In this document: piece by piece, positions 23,493-35,622 of the stretch
Layout of the letters: each line of letters starts with the position of its first letter
Position numbering within the stretch: position 1 is the stretch's first letter
NCBI RefSeq assembly: GCF_006345805.1
Contig: NC_043022.1
Location: 21,204,001-21,268,000, forward strand
Source: Octopus sinensis
Lineage: Eukaryota
Length of the DNA stretch: 64,000 nucleotides
Direction of reading: 5' to 3'
Position numbers and translations under genes: made by a program
Notes under the pieces: model-generated
What the model saw: the letters and a program-made list of their open reading frames with translations, nothing else
Databases searched by the model: none
What the model was told of the DNA's origin: nothing

Positions 23493-24821
23493 TCATTATT
23501 AAAGGATACAAAAGCAGACTTATTATTATTATTATTATTATGAAATTGCCTTTCAGAGTCAATGAATTAAGTACCAGTCAAGTACTGGGGTCGATGTGAT
23601 CGACTTACCCCCTCCCCCCAAATTTCAGACCTTGTGCCTACAGTAGAAAGGATGATTATTATTATTGTTATTATTATTATTATTATTATTATTGTTATAA
23701 GGTGGTGAGCAGGCAGAATTGTTAGCATGCTGTCTTTACATTCTGAGTTCAAATTCCACTGAAGTCAACTTTGCCTTTCATTCTTTCAGGGTTGATTAAA
23801 TATGTACTAGTGTAACTTTGGGTTCAACGTGATCGACTGGTCCCTTCCTCCCGAATTTCAGGCCTTGTACCTTTAGTAGGAAGGATCATCATCATCATTG
23901 TTTAACATCCACTTTCCATGCTAGCATGAGTTGGACGATTTTGACTGAGGGCTAGTGAACCAGATGGCTGCACCAGGCTCCAGTCTTGATCATTATTATT
24001 AAGCTGGGAGATCTGGTAGAATCGTTAGCATTCTGGGCACAATACTTCGTGATATTTCGTCTGTCACTGTGTTGTGTGTTCAAATCCTGCTGAGGTTGAC
24101 TTTGTCTTTCATCCTTTAGGGGTCGATAAATTAAGTGCTGTAATTGACTATTCTTCTCCCCCAAATTTCAGGCGTTGTGCTTATTGTAGAAAGGGTTATT
24201 ATTATTATTAAGGTGGTGAGCTGGCAGAATTGTTAGCATGCTGGGCAAAATGCTTAGCGGCAAAGAATAAGTCCTTGGGTAGATTTCTTCATCTAAAACA
24301 TTTTAAGGTGGTGCTCCAGTGTGGCCGCAGTAAATTGACTGAAGCATATAAAAGAATACACATATACTGTATATCATTCAACTATGGTAGTAGTTGAATA
24401 ATCGATACCAAATTGTGTTTGACTAGTGATAAGCTACATTTAGACATAAAATACTTAAAATCTGATGCAGTAGAACAAAAGGTAATCGGAAAAAATATAT
24501 AGGCCAAACTGGTTGACTGACGGGTTGTAATGCCCGACATCAACACTGAATCCACACCTCTCTTTTGATTTTGATTAAAAATTATTATATTGATATTAAT
24601 ATGAAAGAGAAAACACAAATAATTGATACAAAGAGTTCTAATATTTATTAAGGCGACATTGGGTAAATGATGTTTTTCACCTTTTTACCATAAGAGAGAA
24701 TTTTTCTCCATGGTAATTGCAGTGAATTTGCTTTGTAGCAGTTGAAATATATCACAAACTTATTTTAACTTAACTAAATTTTGCACACACACACACACAC
24801 ACATATGTTTGACTAAATCCT

Positions 24822-25050
24822 TTAACCCTTTAGCATTTAAACTGGCCATATCCGGCCAAAAATATTCAACCTGTTTTATGTTCAAACTGGCTAGATCTGG
24901 TCTCTCACACCAACCCTACAATATCGTTTTAAAAATTAACAGCTACCTCATCAAAATCTCATAGCTATAAGATAATTCATGATTAGTTCGAAACAATGAG
25001 GATGAAGAAGCATTAATTTTGGCAGAATAATACAAACACTAATGGGTTAA
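24822..25050 (+). mobile_element. Second piggyBac-like MITE family (duplicated at about 25797-26025)
   Basis: TTAA-CCCTTTAGCATTT...AAACACTAATGGG-TTAA. Confidence 0.7.
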
Positions 25051-25204
25051 GGCAGTGCTCCAGCATGACCACAATCTGATGTCTGAGAAACAAGTAAAAG
25101 ATCAAAGAAAGAAATCAATATATAAATAAATTAATTAATCAATAAAAAACCTCGAATAAAGATTTACAAGAATATATGATGCTCATCTCAGATATTTAAT
25201 TTCG

Positions 25205-25246
<42 letters not shown>

Positions 25247-25363
25247 AGTTGGAAGATTAGTTGTTGTAGCTGTTGTGGGAGTAAATGAAAAATGTGTGGG
25301 AAAGAATTTGAGGTGACTAAGTGATTCTGGTAAAATTCGTAGAGAGGTGTATCCTGATGAGGT

Positions 25364-25614
25364 TTAGGTCTCAGACCGTTTCATCTTCTTAGCTTTCTGT
25401 TTCTTGTGTGCGGCTCTGGGACCGATTGACTTGGCTGCTTTCTGTTGCTGCTTCATTTGGGCCCAGTCATAGCCGAAGTTTACCATTGGGTGACTGCTTA
25501 CACTTGGTAGATGATGTATATTGGATGAGTGGGGCGAGAGTTCAATATCCTGTGGAGACGGATCGTGAAACAATCTGTTGGTTTTCTCGCGAATATCCGG
25601 AAGATGTAATTCTT
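25364..25614 (-). CDS. Terminal exon of an unidentified minus-strand gene (EELHLPDIREKTNRLFHDP...FGYDWAQMKQQQKAAKSIGPRAAHKKQKAKKMKRSET*)
   Basis: Open frame in non-repeat sequence after a long pyrimidine tract; first AG gives phase 1, matching the exon at 28306-28477. Confidence 0.6.
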
Positions 25615-26179
25615 CTTGTTGTTGGTGTCGTAGTGTTCGTTTTATTTTCGAATAGGAGTTAATAAAAACAAAAGCGAAAACAGAAAAGAAAAGGATAAAT
25701 ATAAGTATATGAATGAAATATTTTCTTCAAGGTCGTGCGCGTGCGCACGCACACACACACACACACACAACACACACATATGTTTGACTAAATCCTTTAA
25801 CCCTTTAGCATTTAAACTGGCCATATCCGGCCAAAAATATTCAACCTGTTTTATGTTCAAACTGGCTAGATCTGGTCTCTCACACCAACCCTACAATATC
25901 GTTTTAAAAATTAACAGCTACCTCATCAAAATCTCATAGCTATAAGATAATTCATGATTAGTTCGAAACAATGAGGATGAAGAAGCATTAATTTTGGCAG
26001 AATAATACAAACACTAATGGGTTAAGGCAGTGCTCCAGCATGACCACAATCTGATGTCTGAGAAACAAGTAAAAGATCAAAGAAAGAAATCAATATATAA
26101 ATAAATTAATTAATCAATAAAAAACCTCGAATAAAGATTTACAAGAATATATGATGCTCATCTCAGATATTTAATTTCG

Positions 26180-26215
<36 letters not shown>

Positions 26216-26332
26216 AGTTGGAAGATTAGTTGTTGTAGCTGTTGTGGGAGTAAATGAAAAATGTGTGGGGAAGAATTTGAGGTGACTAAGTGATTCTGGT
26301 AAAATTCGTAGAGAGGTGTATCCTGATGAGGT

Positions 26333-26582
26333 TTAGGTCTCAGACCGTTTCATCTTCTTAGCTTTCTGTTTCTTGTGTGCGGCTCTGGGACCGATTGACT
26401 TGGCTGCTTTCTGTTGCTGCTTCATTTGGCCCAGTCATAGCCGAAGTTTACCATTGGGTGACTGCTTACACTTGGTAGATGATGTATATTGGATGAGTGG
26501 GGCGAGAGTTCAATATCCTGTGGAGACGGATCGTGAAACAATCTGTTGGTTTTCTCGCGAATATCCGGAAGATGTAATTCTT
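26333..26582 (-). pseudogene. Duplicate of the terminal exon with a 1-nt deletion (premature stop, ...FGYDWAK*)
   Basis: Near-identical to 25364-25614 but reads catttggcccag instead of catttgggcccag. Confidence 0.5.
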
Positions 26583-26717
26583 CTTGTTGTTGGTGTCGTA
26601 GTGTTCGTTTTATTTTCGAATAGGAGTTAATAAAAACAAAAGCGAAAACAGAAAAGAAAAGGATAAATATAAGTATATGAATGAAATATTTTCTTCAAGG
26701 TCGTGCGCGTGCGCACG

Positions 26718-26748
<31 letters not shown>

Positions 26749-28305
26749 AATCTAAAAAAGGAAAAACGAACAAACACAAGAAAAAAAACAACAACAATGC
26801 GAGGACATGGCACATGTAAAGTATTAGCAGACGCCTAGGGAAGGAAAGAAAAACTGGTTTTGTTTCGAGCAAGGCTCATTGTCGGAAATAGGAGACAGGG
26901 GAAAGTCCAATAGAAAAGGAAGACAGGAAAAAAAACCGCCAACGATTCACATGTGGTTACATTTTGAAATGACCGGATGGGAATCATCATAATCATCCTC
27001 ATCATTGTTTAGCATCCGCTTTCCATGCTAGCATGGGTTGGACGGTTCAACTGGGGACTGGGAAGCCAGAGGGCTGTACCAAACCCAGTCTGATCTGGCA
27101 ATGTTTCTACGGCTTGATGCCCTTCCTAATGCCAACCACTCCATGAGTGTAGTGGGTGCTTTTTACGTGCCACCGGCACAGGTGCCAGGCGAGGCTGGCA
27201 ACGGCCATGATCGGCTGGTGCTTTTTACGTGCCTCTGGCACGGGGGCCAGGTGAGGCTGGTAACGGCCACGAACGGATGGTGCTTTTTACGTGCCACCGG
27301 CACGAGGCCAGTCGGGGCGGCGCTGGCAGGGTGAAGAAAAAGTTCTTTCTAAGACAGGAGAGTGTAGGAGGAAATATGTGTGTGTGGTGTGTATAGTGTT
27401 TGTGTGGTGTTGGCTGTTTATATGTGTATGTGTGAGTGAACTTTGTGTCTCTTAATTTTGTAGGAAGAATTCAGCAGCATAGTAAGAGGAGTGGTGGTCC
27501 TTTATGGAGTTGTGTGTCTCTTGACATGTGTGGAGAGGAATAGTCAGTGTGTGTGTGGAGGTATATATGCGTGCGTGTGAGTGCGAGTGTATGCACGTGT
27601 GTATGTTTGTATGTGTGTGTGTGTGCATGTATGTGTGTCCCACTACATAACACACACACACACATATATATATATTTGAAAATAAAACGAGGTCGGCTTT
27701 GCCTTTCATCCTTTCGGGGTCGATTAAATAAGTATCAGTTACGCACTGGGGTCGATGTAATCCACTTAATCCGTTTGTCCCCTCTGTGTTTAGCCCCTTG
27801 TGGGTAGTAAAGAAATAGGTATATCATCAGTCTTTACGTTCTGAGTTCAAATTCCGCCGAAATTTACTTTGCCTTTCATCCTTTCATATATATATGTGGA
27901 GACGCAACGGCCCAGTGGTTAGGGCAGCGGACTCGCGGTCGTAGGATCGCGGTTTCAATTCCCAGACGAGGCTCCGGCAGGGGCAGGTGGCGATCCCTGC
28001 TGCACTCTTTCGCCACAACTTTCTCTCACTCTTTCTTCTATTGGCCTGCTCGCTTAGCTAAAAGGCTGAAACAATGCAAAGCGCATTGTGACCAGCGATG
28101 TGTAGTAACATCTCATAATCTGGTCAGTCACGGTGATCACAGTGATATATGAGGGGTGGGCGCTTTTATGGAAGTGACACTTTTGGGCCTACTGTATTAG
28201 TCTGTAGAGGATTGTATACCTCTGGGGGCATGAACTACTTTTTCAAGAGCTGCCCCAGGCAACGCACACACAAACAACAACTACTAAAATTATGTTTATA
28301 GTTAC

Positions 28306-28477
28306 CTGAATCTGTTCTGCTGGGAATAATCCTTTCCTCGGTGGAATATTGTTTTATTGGTGGGAAGCAGGTTTTTCGTTGCCTCACTTTCCTCTCTATT
28401 GAAGGACTGCGTGCATCCGGATTATCCGTTGCCTTTGTTTTGCAACGACCATTACTATTTTTGTCCATTGGTGTGTT
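28306..28477 (-). CDS. Penultimate exon of the unidentified minus-strand gene (NTPMDKNSNGRCKTK...CFPPIKQYSTEERIIPSRTDS)
   Basis: Acceptor ttttag, donor CAG|GTAAC, 172 nt open frame, phase 0 to 1. Confidence 0.6.
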
Positions 28478-29380
28478 CTAAAACCACAATTGTAGGGGAA
28501 AGTTTATAGTCTTATACATGACTCACAGCACTCTCAACAGTGATGAATTAGTTAATAAATTTAATCAATCAATCAATCAATCAATGTTGTTATCGTGCAA
28601 TGCCTGTGCAAGAAGATTTTTTTAAAGTGAGGAAAGGCTGTCAATCCCACTCACTAAGCAACAGCAGCCATAATCCGAAAAGAAGAACAAGTCAACATCA
28701 TCGGTAACCACTGAGTCGCAGGTTTTATGTCGGAGTTATCCCAGTTACCTGAGTTGCTTTCTCCTAGAAGGATGCCCTGAAAGGCTAGGGGCCCTTCACT
28801 CCCAATGGTGTAACCGCGCGACCGGGTATTCAGTCCGATTATTTCTATGTCCCCGCACGTGATACAGCCTTAAGCTTGAGAAGATTGATATAAGGGGAAA
28901 AAAACACGATGTATATATATATAAAAAAAACATTGATATACAAAATATACATACATACATACATACATACATGCATACATACACACATACACACACACAG
29001 ACATCATATATATGAACTCTTTTATTCTTTTATACGTTTCAGCTCTAAGGCTGTGGCCATGATGGAGCACTGCTAGCGAAAATTTTAGCAAGAACCTCTA
29101 ACATAAGACCTGGAAAGAATTGAACTTCCTCTGTCTAGGTTCATATCTCCCTTGTCTTTATCCACAAGATTATCAAGACACCATCTCTCTCTCCCCCGCT
29201 CTCTCTATATATGTATGTATATATTTTTTATATATATGTATATGTGTATGTATGTATATATATTTATATATATATGTATATATGTATGTATATATATTTA
29301 TTATTATTATTATTGATAATAATAATAATGATGATTATAATAATAATAATGATAATAATAATAATGATAATAATAATAAT

Positions 29381-30192
29381 AAAGCCCTGACCCATCAATG
29401 GCTAATGGCCTCTGGCTTAAAATCCGAAACAGAGGGATTTATCATAGCAGCTCAAGATCAATGCCTACCAACAAGAAACTACCAGACCAACATATTAAAG
29501 AACGGCAGTAGCCCAACATGTCGTGTATGTCAACAACAAAATGAAACCATTGATCATGTTGTCTCCAAATGCAGTTTTCTAGCGCCTACAGAGTATCTCA
29601 ACAGGCATGATAGAGCTGCACAATATATTCACTGGGTAATTTGCAAAACCCTGGATTTGCCCCATGAAAAAACTGGTGGGAACACAAACCACCTCTAGTG
29701 CTTGAAAATGACCACATCTCACTCCTCTGGAACTTCACCATTCAAACTGACAGAAAGATCGATGCAAATAGGCCAGACATCATATTGAAAGACTTCAGAC
29801 AAAGAACATGCCTCCTCATTGATATGACTGTCCCAATCGATATAAACGTATCTGTCAAGACCTACCAGAAACTGAGGAAATATAAAGATCTGGAAATAGA
29901 AATCATCAAAACGTGGAACCTGTTGTCATAGAAACCCCAAAATGGCAGAAATTCAAAAGATAGTGCTCATAGGAACTGCTCATATCCTACGCAAAATACT
30001 TTCTATGTAATCTCAAGTTTTAAAACAAACATAATTTTTTTTTAGACATTCACTAGTACAACACAAAAAACCCCCCTCCAAATATATGGCATTCTAGGCA
30101 TAACAACAACGTGAACTTCCAACCTGTTGTCTCTTGAGGTCTCTGGGTGAGACTTGGAGCCAACTTGTACAAATATAAAGCAAAAGTCAAAC

Positions 30193-30195
<3 letters not shown>
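29381..30195 (+). mobile_element. Dong/R4-clade non-LTR retrotransposon 3' fragment (CCHC zinc knuckle and restriction-like endonuclease), frameshifted
   Basis: ETEGFIIAAQDQCLPTRNY, CRVC...HVVSKC, RHD, NRPDIILKD...LLIDMTVP, KxxKYxDL; flanked by (TAA)n on both sides. Confidence 0.88.
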
Positions 30196-30255
<60 letters not shown>

Positions 30256-30654
30256 GTGACAACAAAAGAATGAGACCTCGATATTAGGTAAATAGAAGAT
30301 TATTTATATATGTATAGTTGAGGGCAATCAGTAACGGGGGCTGAGCATGTACAAGTCTTGTGTGTAATTCTGTTCATTTGTCATCCTTCTGTGTAATTTC
30401 TGTCTGTTTGCCTGCCTGCCTGTCTCTGTGTGTGTATGTTTGTGTGTCTGTGTTTGTCCCTCCACCATCGCTTGACAACCGATGTTGGTATGTTTACATT
30501 CCCGTAAATTAGCGGTTCGGCAAAAGCGAACGATAAAATAAGTACTAGGCTTACAAAGAATAAGTCCTGTGGGCGATTTGTTCGACTAAAGGCGGTGCTC
30601 CAGCATGGTCGGAGTCAAATGACTGAAACAAATAAAAGAAAAGAATATATATAA

Positions 30655-31215
30655 TTTTTTTTTCTTGTTTCAGCTCAGAGCTGCGGTTATGCTGATGCAC
30701 CGCCGTTTTGTGCTACACTTTTATTACTAAGAGCCTCCTCTAATATGTGGCACTTGGTGAAGAATGGAGTTTGATATAGCTACCCTCATTTGCACCTCTT
30801 GCCGTGAGGTAGGTTCATCTGGGACTCTCGACCGGAAGATGTCCGGCTTTGATTTAAAAACCGCTACATCTATTTTGTGCAAGTTCCTCAGACTCTTTGG
30901 GAGAATATTAAAATGCTGTGGGCCCTTGAAACCCAGGCTGTTGCAGTAGCTGGTCCTGGAGCGTGATGACATTGCTGGGATCTTTGGCACTATGCAGTGT
31001 CGTCCCGTTCTAGCATTGGTGTAGCTTACAATGCCAAAATTTGGCACAATTCCTTCCAGGATCTTCCAGACATATATTACTGCATACCTCTCCCAACTTC
31101 TCTCCAGGGAGTAGAGTCTTAGCTGTTTCAACCTTTCCCAGTAGCTGAGCTGTTGCAAAGAGACGATCTTCTTTGTGAATCTTCTATGGATTGCTTGAAG
31201 GTTCGCTGTTAATTT
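30655..31215 (-). mobile_element. CR1/L2-group LINE 3' fragment with short 3' UTR
   Basis: LSYWERLKQLRLYSLERSWERYAVIYVWKILEGIVPN...FNILPKSLRN, typical ORF2 C-terminus. Confidence 0.8.
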
Positions 31216-31332
31216 TGCACGTGGTTTATAAGTGACAGTTATGTTACTAGTATCGAAAGATCGCCCTTTGAAGTATTGTAGTCGAACATATATATATATA
31301 TATATTATATATATATATTATATATATATATA

Positions 31333-31757
31333 GGGAAGCTTTATGAAAATAAACAAAAGACGAAGGCAGGTGGAATACAAACAAACAATTGTATTAGTAT
31401 AGCGCTCAGGAATATAAATAAAACAAGTCTTTTACGTTTCGAGCCTACGCTCTTCTACAGAAAGATACACAGAAAAGAAACACGGAGAGAAACAAGGAGA
31501 GAAAAAATGCGCGCAGAAGCTAGCGAATCAGCATGGCGATATATATATATATATAATAGGGAGAGTTTACGAAAAAAACAAAAGACGAAGGCAGGTGGTG
31601 TAGAAAACAAAGAGATGTATTAGTATAACGCTCAAGAATAGAAAAAGTCTTTTATGTTTCGAGCCTACGCTCTTCTACAGAAAGGGACACAGAAAAAAAC
31701 AAGGAGAGAAAAAAAGGAAAGAAAAAATGTTTGTAGTGGCTAACGATCTATCATGGC
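31333..31757 (-). mobile_element. Two tandem ~200-bp units, each with a hammerhead-like motif (Penelope-like terminal remnants)
   Basis: Direct repeats at 31333-31540 and 31558-31757 between (TA)n tracts; minus strand reads CTGTAGA-A-GAGC-gtag-GCTC-GAAA-C(G/A)TA. Confidence 0.55.
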
Positions 31758-32461
31758 AATTGACTTCGGACTGAAGGGTCGCACACGAGAGCGAAGTTTG
31801 ATTGTACTCAATGCGCGTCATTCAGGTTTCAGCTCTGATATTAATCGCGTTGAATTCTCACCGTCGCTTGTACACAGAGGTTAACCATATCCGAGGGTGA
31901 GATGTAACGCAATGCAAAGAGCACAAAAACGATAATAAGAGAAAAACAAAACAAAACAAAACAAAACAAAACAAAAAACATGCGCATTGACTTGGTGCTC
32001 TTATATGTTAATTGCTACACACGTTTCGGTGTTCAGCAGCAACACTATTGAGAGAGGCAGTAGAGTGCCAACATGAGGAGCGAGCACATCGTCAGAGAGT
32101 TACAGAGAAAATAGGAGTACGAAGCCAGCAGCAACCGAATTTAAAATCACCGGGGGGCACTGGCCAGATGGGGATGGAGTGATACAGGAGGTAAGGTGGT
32201 TATATTAGTCAGTTTCCTCAACCTACCTCCTCTATCTTTCCCTCCTCCTCTGGCCTGTATCTCTCGTGTGTTTAAATTTTGTTGCTGCTGGTCTCATCCT
32301 TGTGTGTCCTCAGTAACCGTCTGATGATGTGTTTGCTTACCGTGCTGGCCCTATGAGCCGCATCTACTGGTTACATTTATTGTGTGATGTCGTGTTGCCG
32401 AATACTGAAACATATGTAACGATTGAAATATATGAGTATCAAGTCGAAGTATATGGTCTTT

Positions 32462-32462
<1 letters not shown>

Positions 32463-32558
<96 letters not shown>

Positions 32559-32840
32559 CATCCATCCATCCATCCATTTATCTCTCTCTCTATCTATCCA
32601 TCCATCTCTCCATCCATCCACCCATCCATCCATCCATCCATCCATCCATCCATCCATCTCTCCATTCATCCATCCATCCATCCATCCATCTCTCCATCCA
32701 TCCATCCCTCCACCCACCCATCCATCCATCCATCCATCCATCCCTCCACCCACCCATCCATCCATCCATCTCTCCATCCATCCATCCCTCCACCCATCCA
32801 TCCATCCATCCATCCATCCATCCATCCATCCATCCATCTA
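32463..32840. repeat. (TATC)n/(CATC)n compound microsatellite
   Basis: Direct reading. Confidence 0.95.
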
Positions 32841-33509
32841 CATACCAGCTACCTGCCTGCCTGTCCGTCCGACTGTCTCTATATATAGGGCTTTCATACA
32901 GTTTCCCCTCTGTCTAATTCACTCACAAGGTATTGGTTGGCCCGTGGCTTCAGTAAAAGACACTTTCCCCCAAGGTACCACACAATGAGACTGAACCCGA
33001 AACAATGTGGTTGCAAAGCTGCAACCACACACACAGCCATAGCACAAAATGAATTCTTTTTTTGTTTTTCAAATTCAAAATATTGGAACAGAAAGTAAAT
33101 ATTTAAATCGTCCCTTTTTTTTAATGATTTTGCTATCATTTTCCCTCCTTTATTTCTAACTAGACTAGCGTCGCAGTATTTTTCTAAAGCACTTATAAAA
33201 TACAAATAAAACAATTACATCGAGAAAAAGCCACGATAAACCATTAACAAACACAAAAAACCGTTTTCTAGGTTTCATATTTTTTTCCAATAAGTCATTG
33301 ATATTTTTTTTTAAAGCGATATCATCGAGAAAACGGATCCACGAAGGTCTAGCAATGTTGCTGATGATGGAAATAGGATCTTTGCTCTTTCGAACAAACT
33401 GCAAGGGACTTATACGAATATATGAGAAAGAAGTTGGAAATGTACTTTTGTAAAGAGATAAAAACTGAAACACGGTCGTACAGTTGTGTATTTTAACTCA
33501 TTTTTTCCG

Positions 33510-34410
33510 TATATATATATATATGTATATAGATGCATGCATACATACACATTTTCATACAGACATAAATGCATACATACATGCATACATGCATACACAT
33601 ATACATACATACATACATACATGCATATGTACGTTCAAACATATATATATGTATATATATATATATATATATACGAGAATTTATACGTACGTACATCCAT
33701 GTATGTACATTCATACATACATACATACATACATAGATATGCACGCACAACAGGAATACATATATACGTATATGCATACATACATTCATAAATACATATA
33801 TAAGTACATACATCCATATGTACATATTAACATACATACATTTGTACATATATATATATATGCATGAATATATTCAGATATACATATATACACATACATA
33901 TATGCATACATACATACATACATACATACATACATGCATGCATACATAGATACATACATACATACATACATGTATGTATGTACACATACGTACATACATA
34001 CATACATGCATACATACATACATGCATGCATGCATACATACAAACATACATACATACATGCATGTATACATACATACATGCATACATACATACATACATA
34101 CATGCATACATACATATATACATACATGCATACATACATACATACATACATACATGCATACACACATACATACATACATACATGCATACATACATACATA
34201 CATGCATACATACATGCATACATACATACATACATACATACATACATACATAATACATACATACTGCATTCATGCATACATACATGTACACATACGTACA
34301 TACATACATATATAGATTCGTACATACACACACACATACATACATACATTCGTAAACACCTATATACATACATATAAATATATATATACATACAAACACA
34401 CATACACACA
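33510..34410. repeat. (TACA)n degenerate microsatellite
   Basis: Direct reading. Confidence 0.95.
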
Positions 34411-34960
34411 CGATCATGATAAAAGATATACGTCGAAAATTACAACACAAAACAAAACGAAATCACAGATCCAAGTGTATATACGTACATATATACATAT
34501 ATATATATATATATGCGTATATATTTATGTATGTATTTATATATGTGTTGTGTGTGTATTTGTGTGTATATATACATACATAGGTGTATGCACATATGCA
34601 TTCACACGCCAAACAGATCTCATAAATATTGAAAAAAAGTAAATAAAACCGAACAGAAAGGAGAATTGAGAGTTACATACCATTTCCTAAATGATTTAGA
34701 AAAAGTATTATAATAAATGTGTAGTATTGTAGTTGTTGTTGTTGTTGCTGCTGCTTTTGCTGTAGTTATAGTCTCTAATAGCGTCTCTGGCTTCTCGTGC
34801 GTAGCATATCAGCTTTAAAAAGAAGAAAAAACTGACGGCTTTCATGGACAAAAAAAATATATATTGAATAACGAACAAGAATAAGGAATAAGTATAAGGA
34901 ATGAGAATGGATTTGAGAGAATGAGGAGAGAGAGAAGGAAGAGAGAGTTGATTGAATTAG

Positions 34961-35060
34961 NNNNNNNNNNNNNNNNNNNNNNNNNNNNNNNNNNNNNNNN
35001 NNNNNNNNNNNNNNNNNNNNNNNNNNNNNNNNNNNNNNNNNNNNNNNNNNNNNNNNNNNN
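34961..35060. other. Assembly gap (100 N)
   Basis: Run of N; true size unknown. Confidence 1.
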
Positions 35061-35591
35061 TATATCTATCTATATATATATTATCCTCTATCTATTATAT
35101 CTATCTCTATATATATTATATCTATTATATTTTGATGAAATCATGGTGGCTTTATTTGGTACACCATTATTGTTTCTGCTATTGGAATGTTGGTGAAAAG
35201 ACTTGCTACATCTGAGAACTCCTTGATAACCTGATACTGTAATTCACTGGTGTGTATTTTTTGATAATGTTATTTTATTTCTTTGGCAGCTTTATGTGTA
35301 GATGTATTTATTTGAAATATTATGCATCAGATTGGGGTTGTATTGATTCTGCAAATTTACTATACCATATAAAAGTGATGGAATGAATTCTCTTTCAGTG
35401 TGGGGGGGGAAAACCGATAACAAAGATACCAACAGTATGTTTTTACATTCGAGTTTTTGTGGCTACAGTCTTGGATTGACTGCATGGTTTGCTCGCCCAC
35501 AGGAAGGATGCTTTTTATGAGACACCACTCATGTGGATGGCTATTAGCTCACAATTGCGCCTCACATACATACATATATATTATATAGATA

Positions 35592-35622
<31 letters not shown>

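Larger units (their letters stand above)
24790..26742. repeat. Tandem duplication of a ~970-bp segment bounded by (CA)n
   Basis: About 24790-25765 and 25770-26742 are near-identical. Confidence 0.9.

Noticed and set aside
25353-25385. CTGATGA followed by a short hairpin
   Set aside because: The stem is followed by GTTT and not GAAA, so it is not a hammerhead
33165-33400. Minus-strand ORF after a cttgcag acceptor
   Set aside because: No clear donor or recognisable protein; not supportable without transcripts
32329-34450. Long ORFs of [12 protein letters not shown] repeats
   Set aside because: Translations of tetranucleotide microsatellites that lack stop codons
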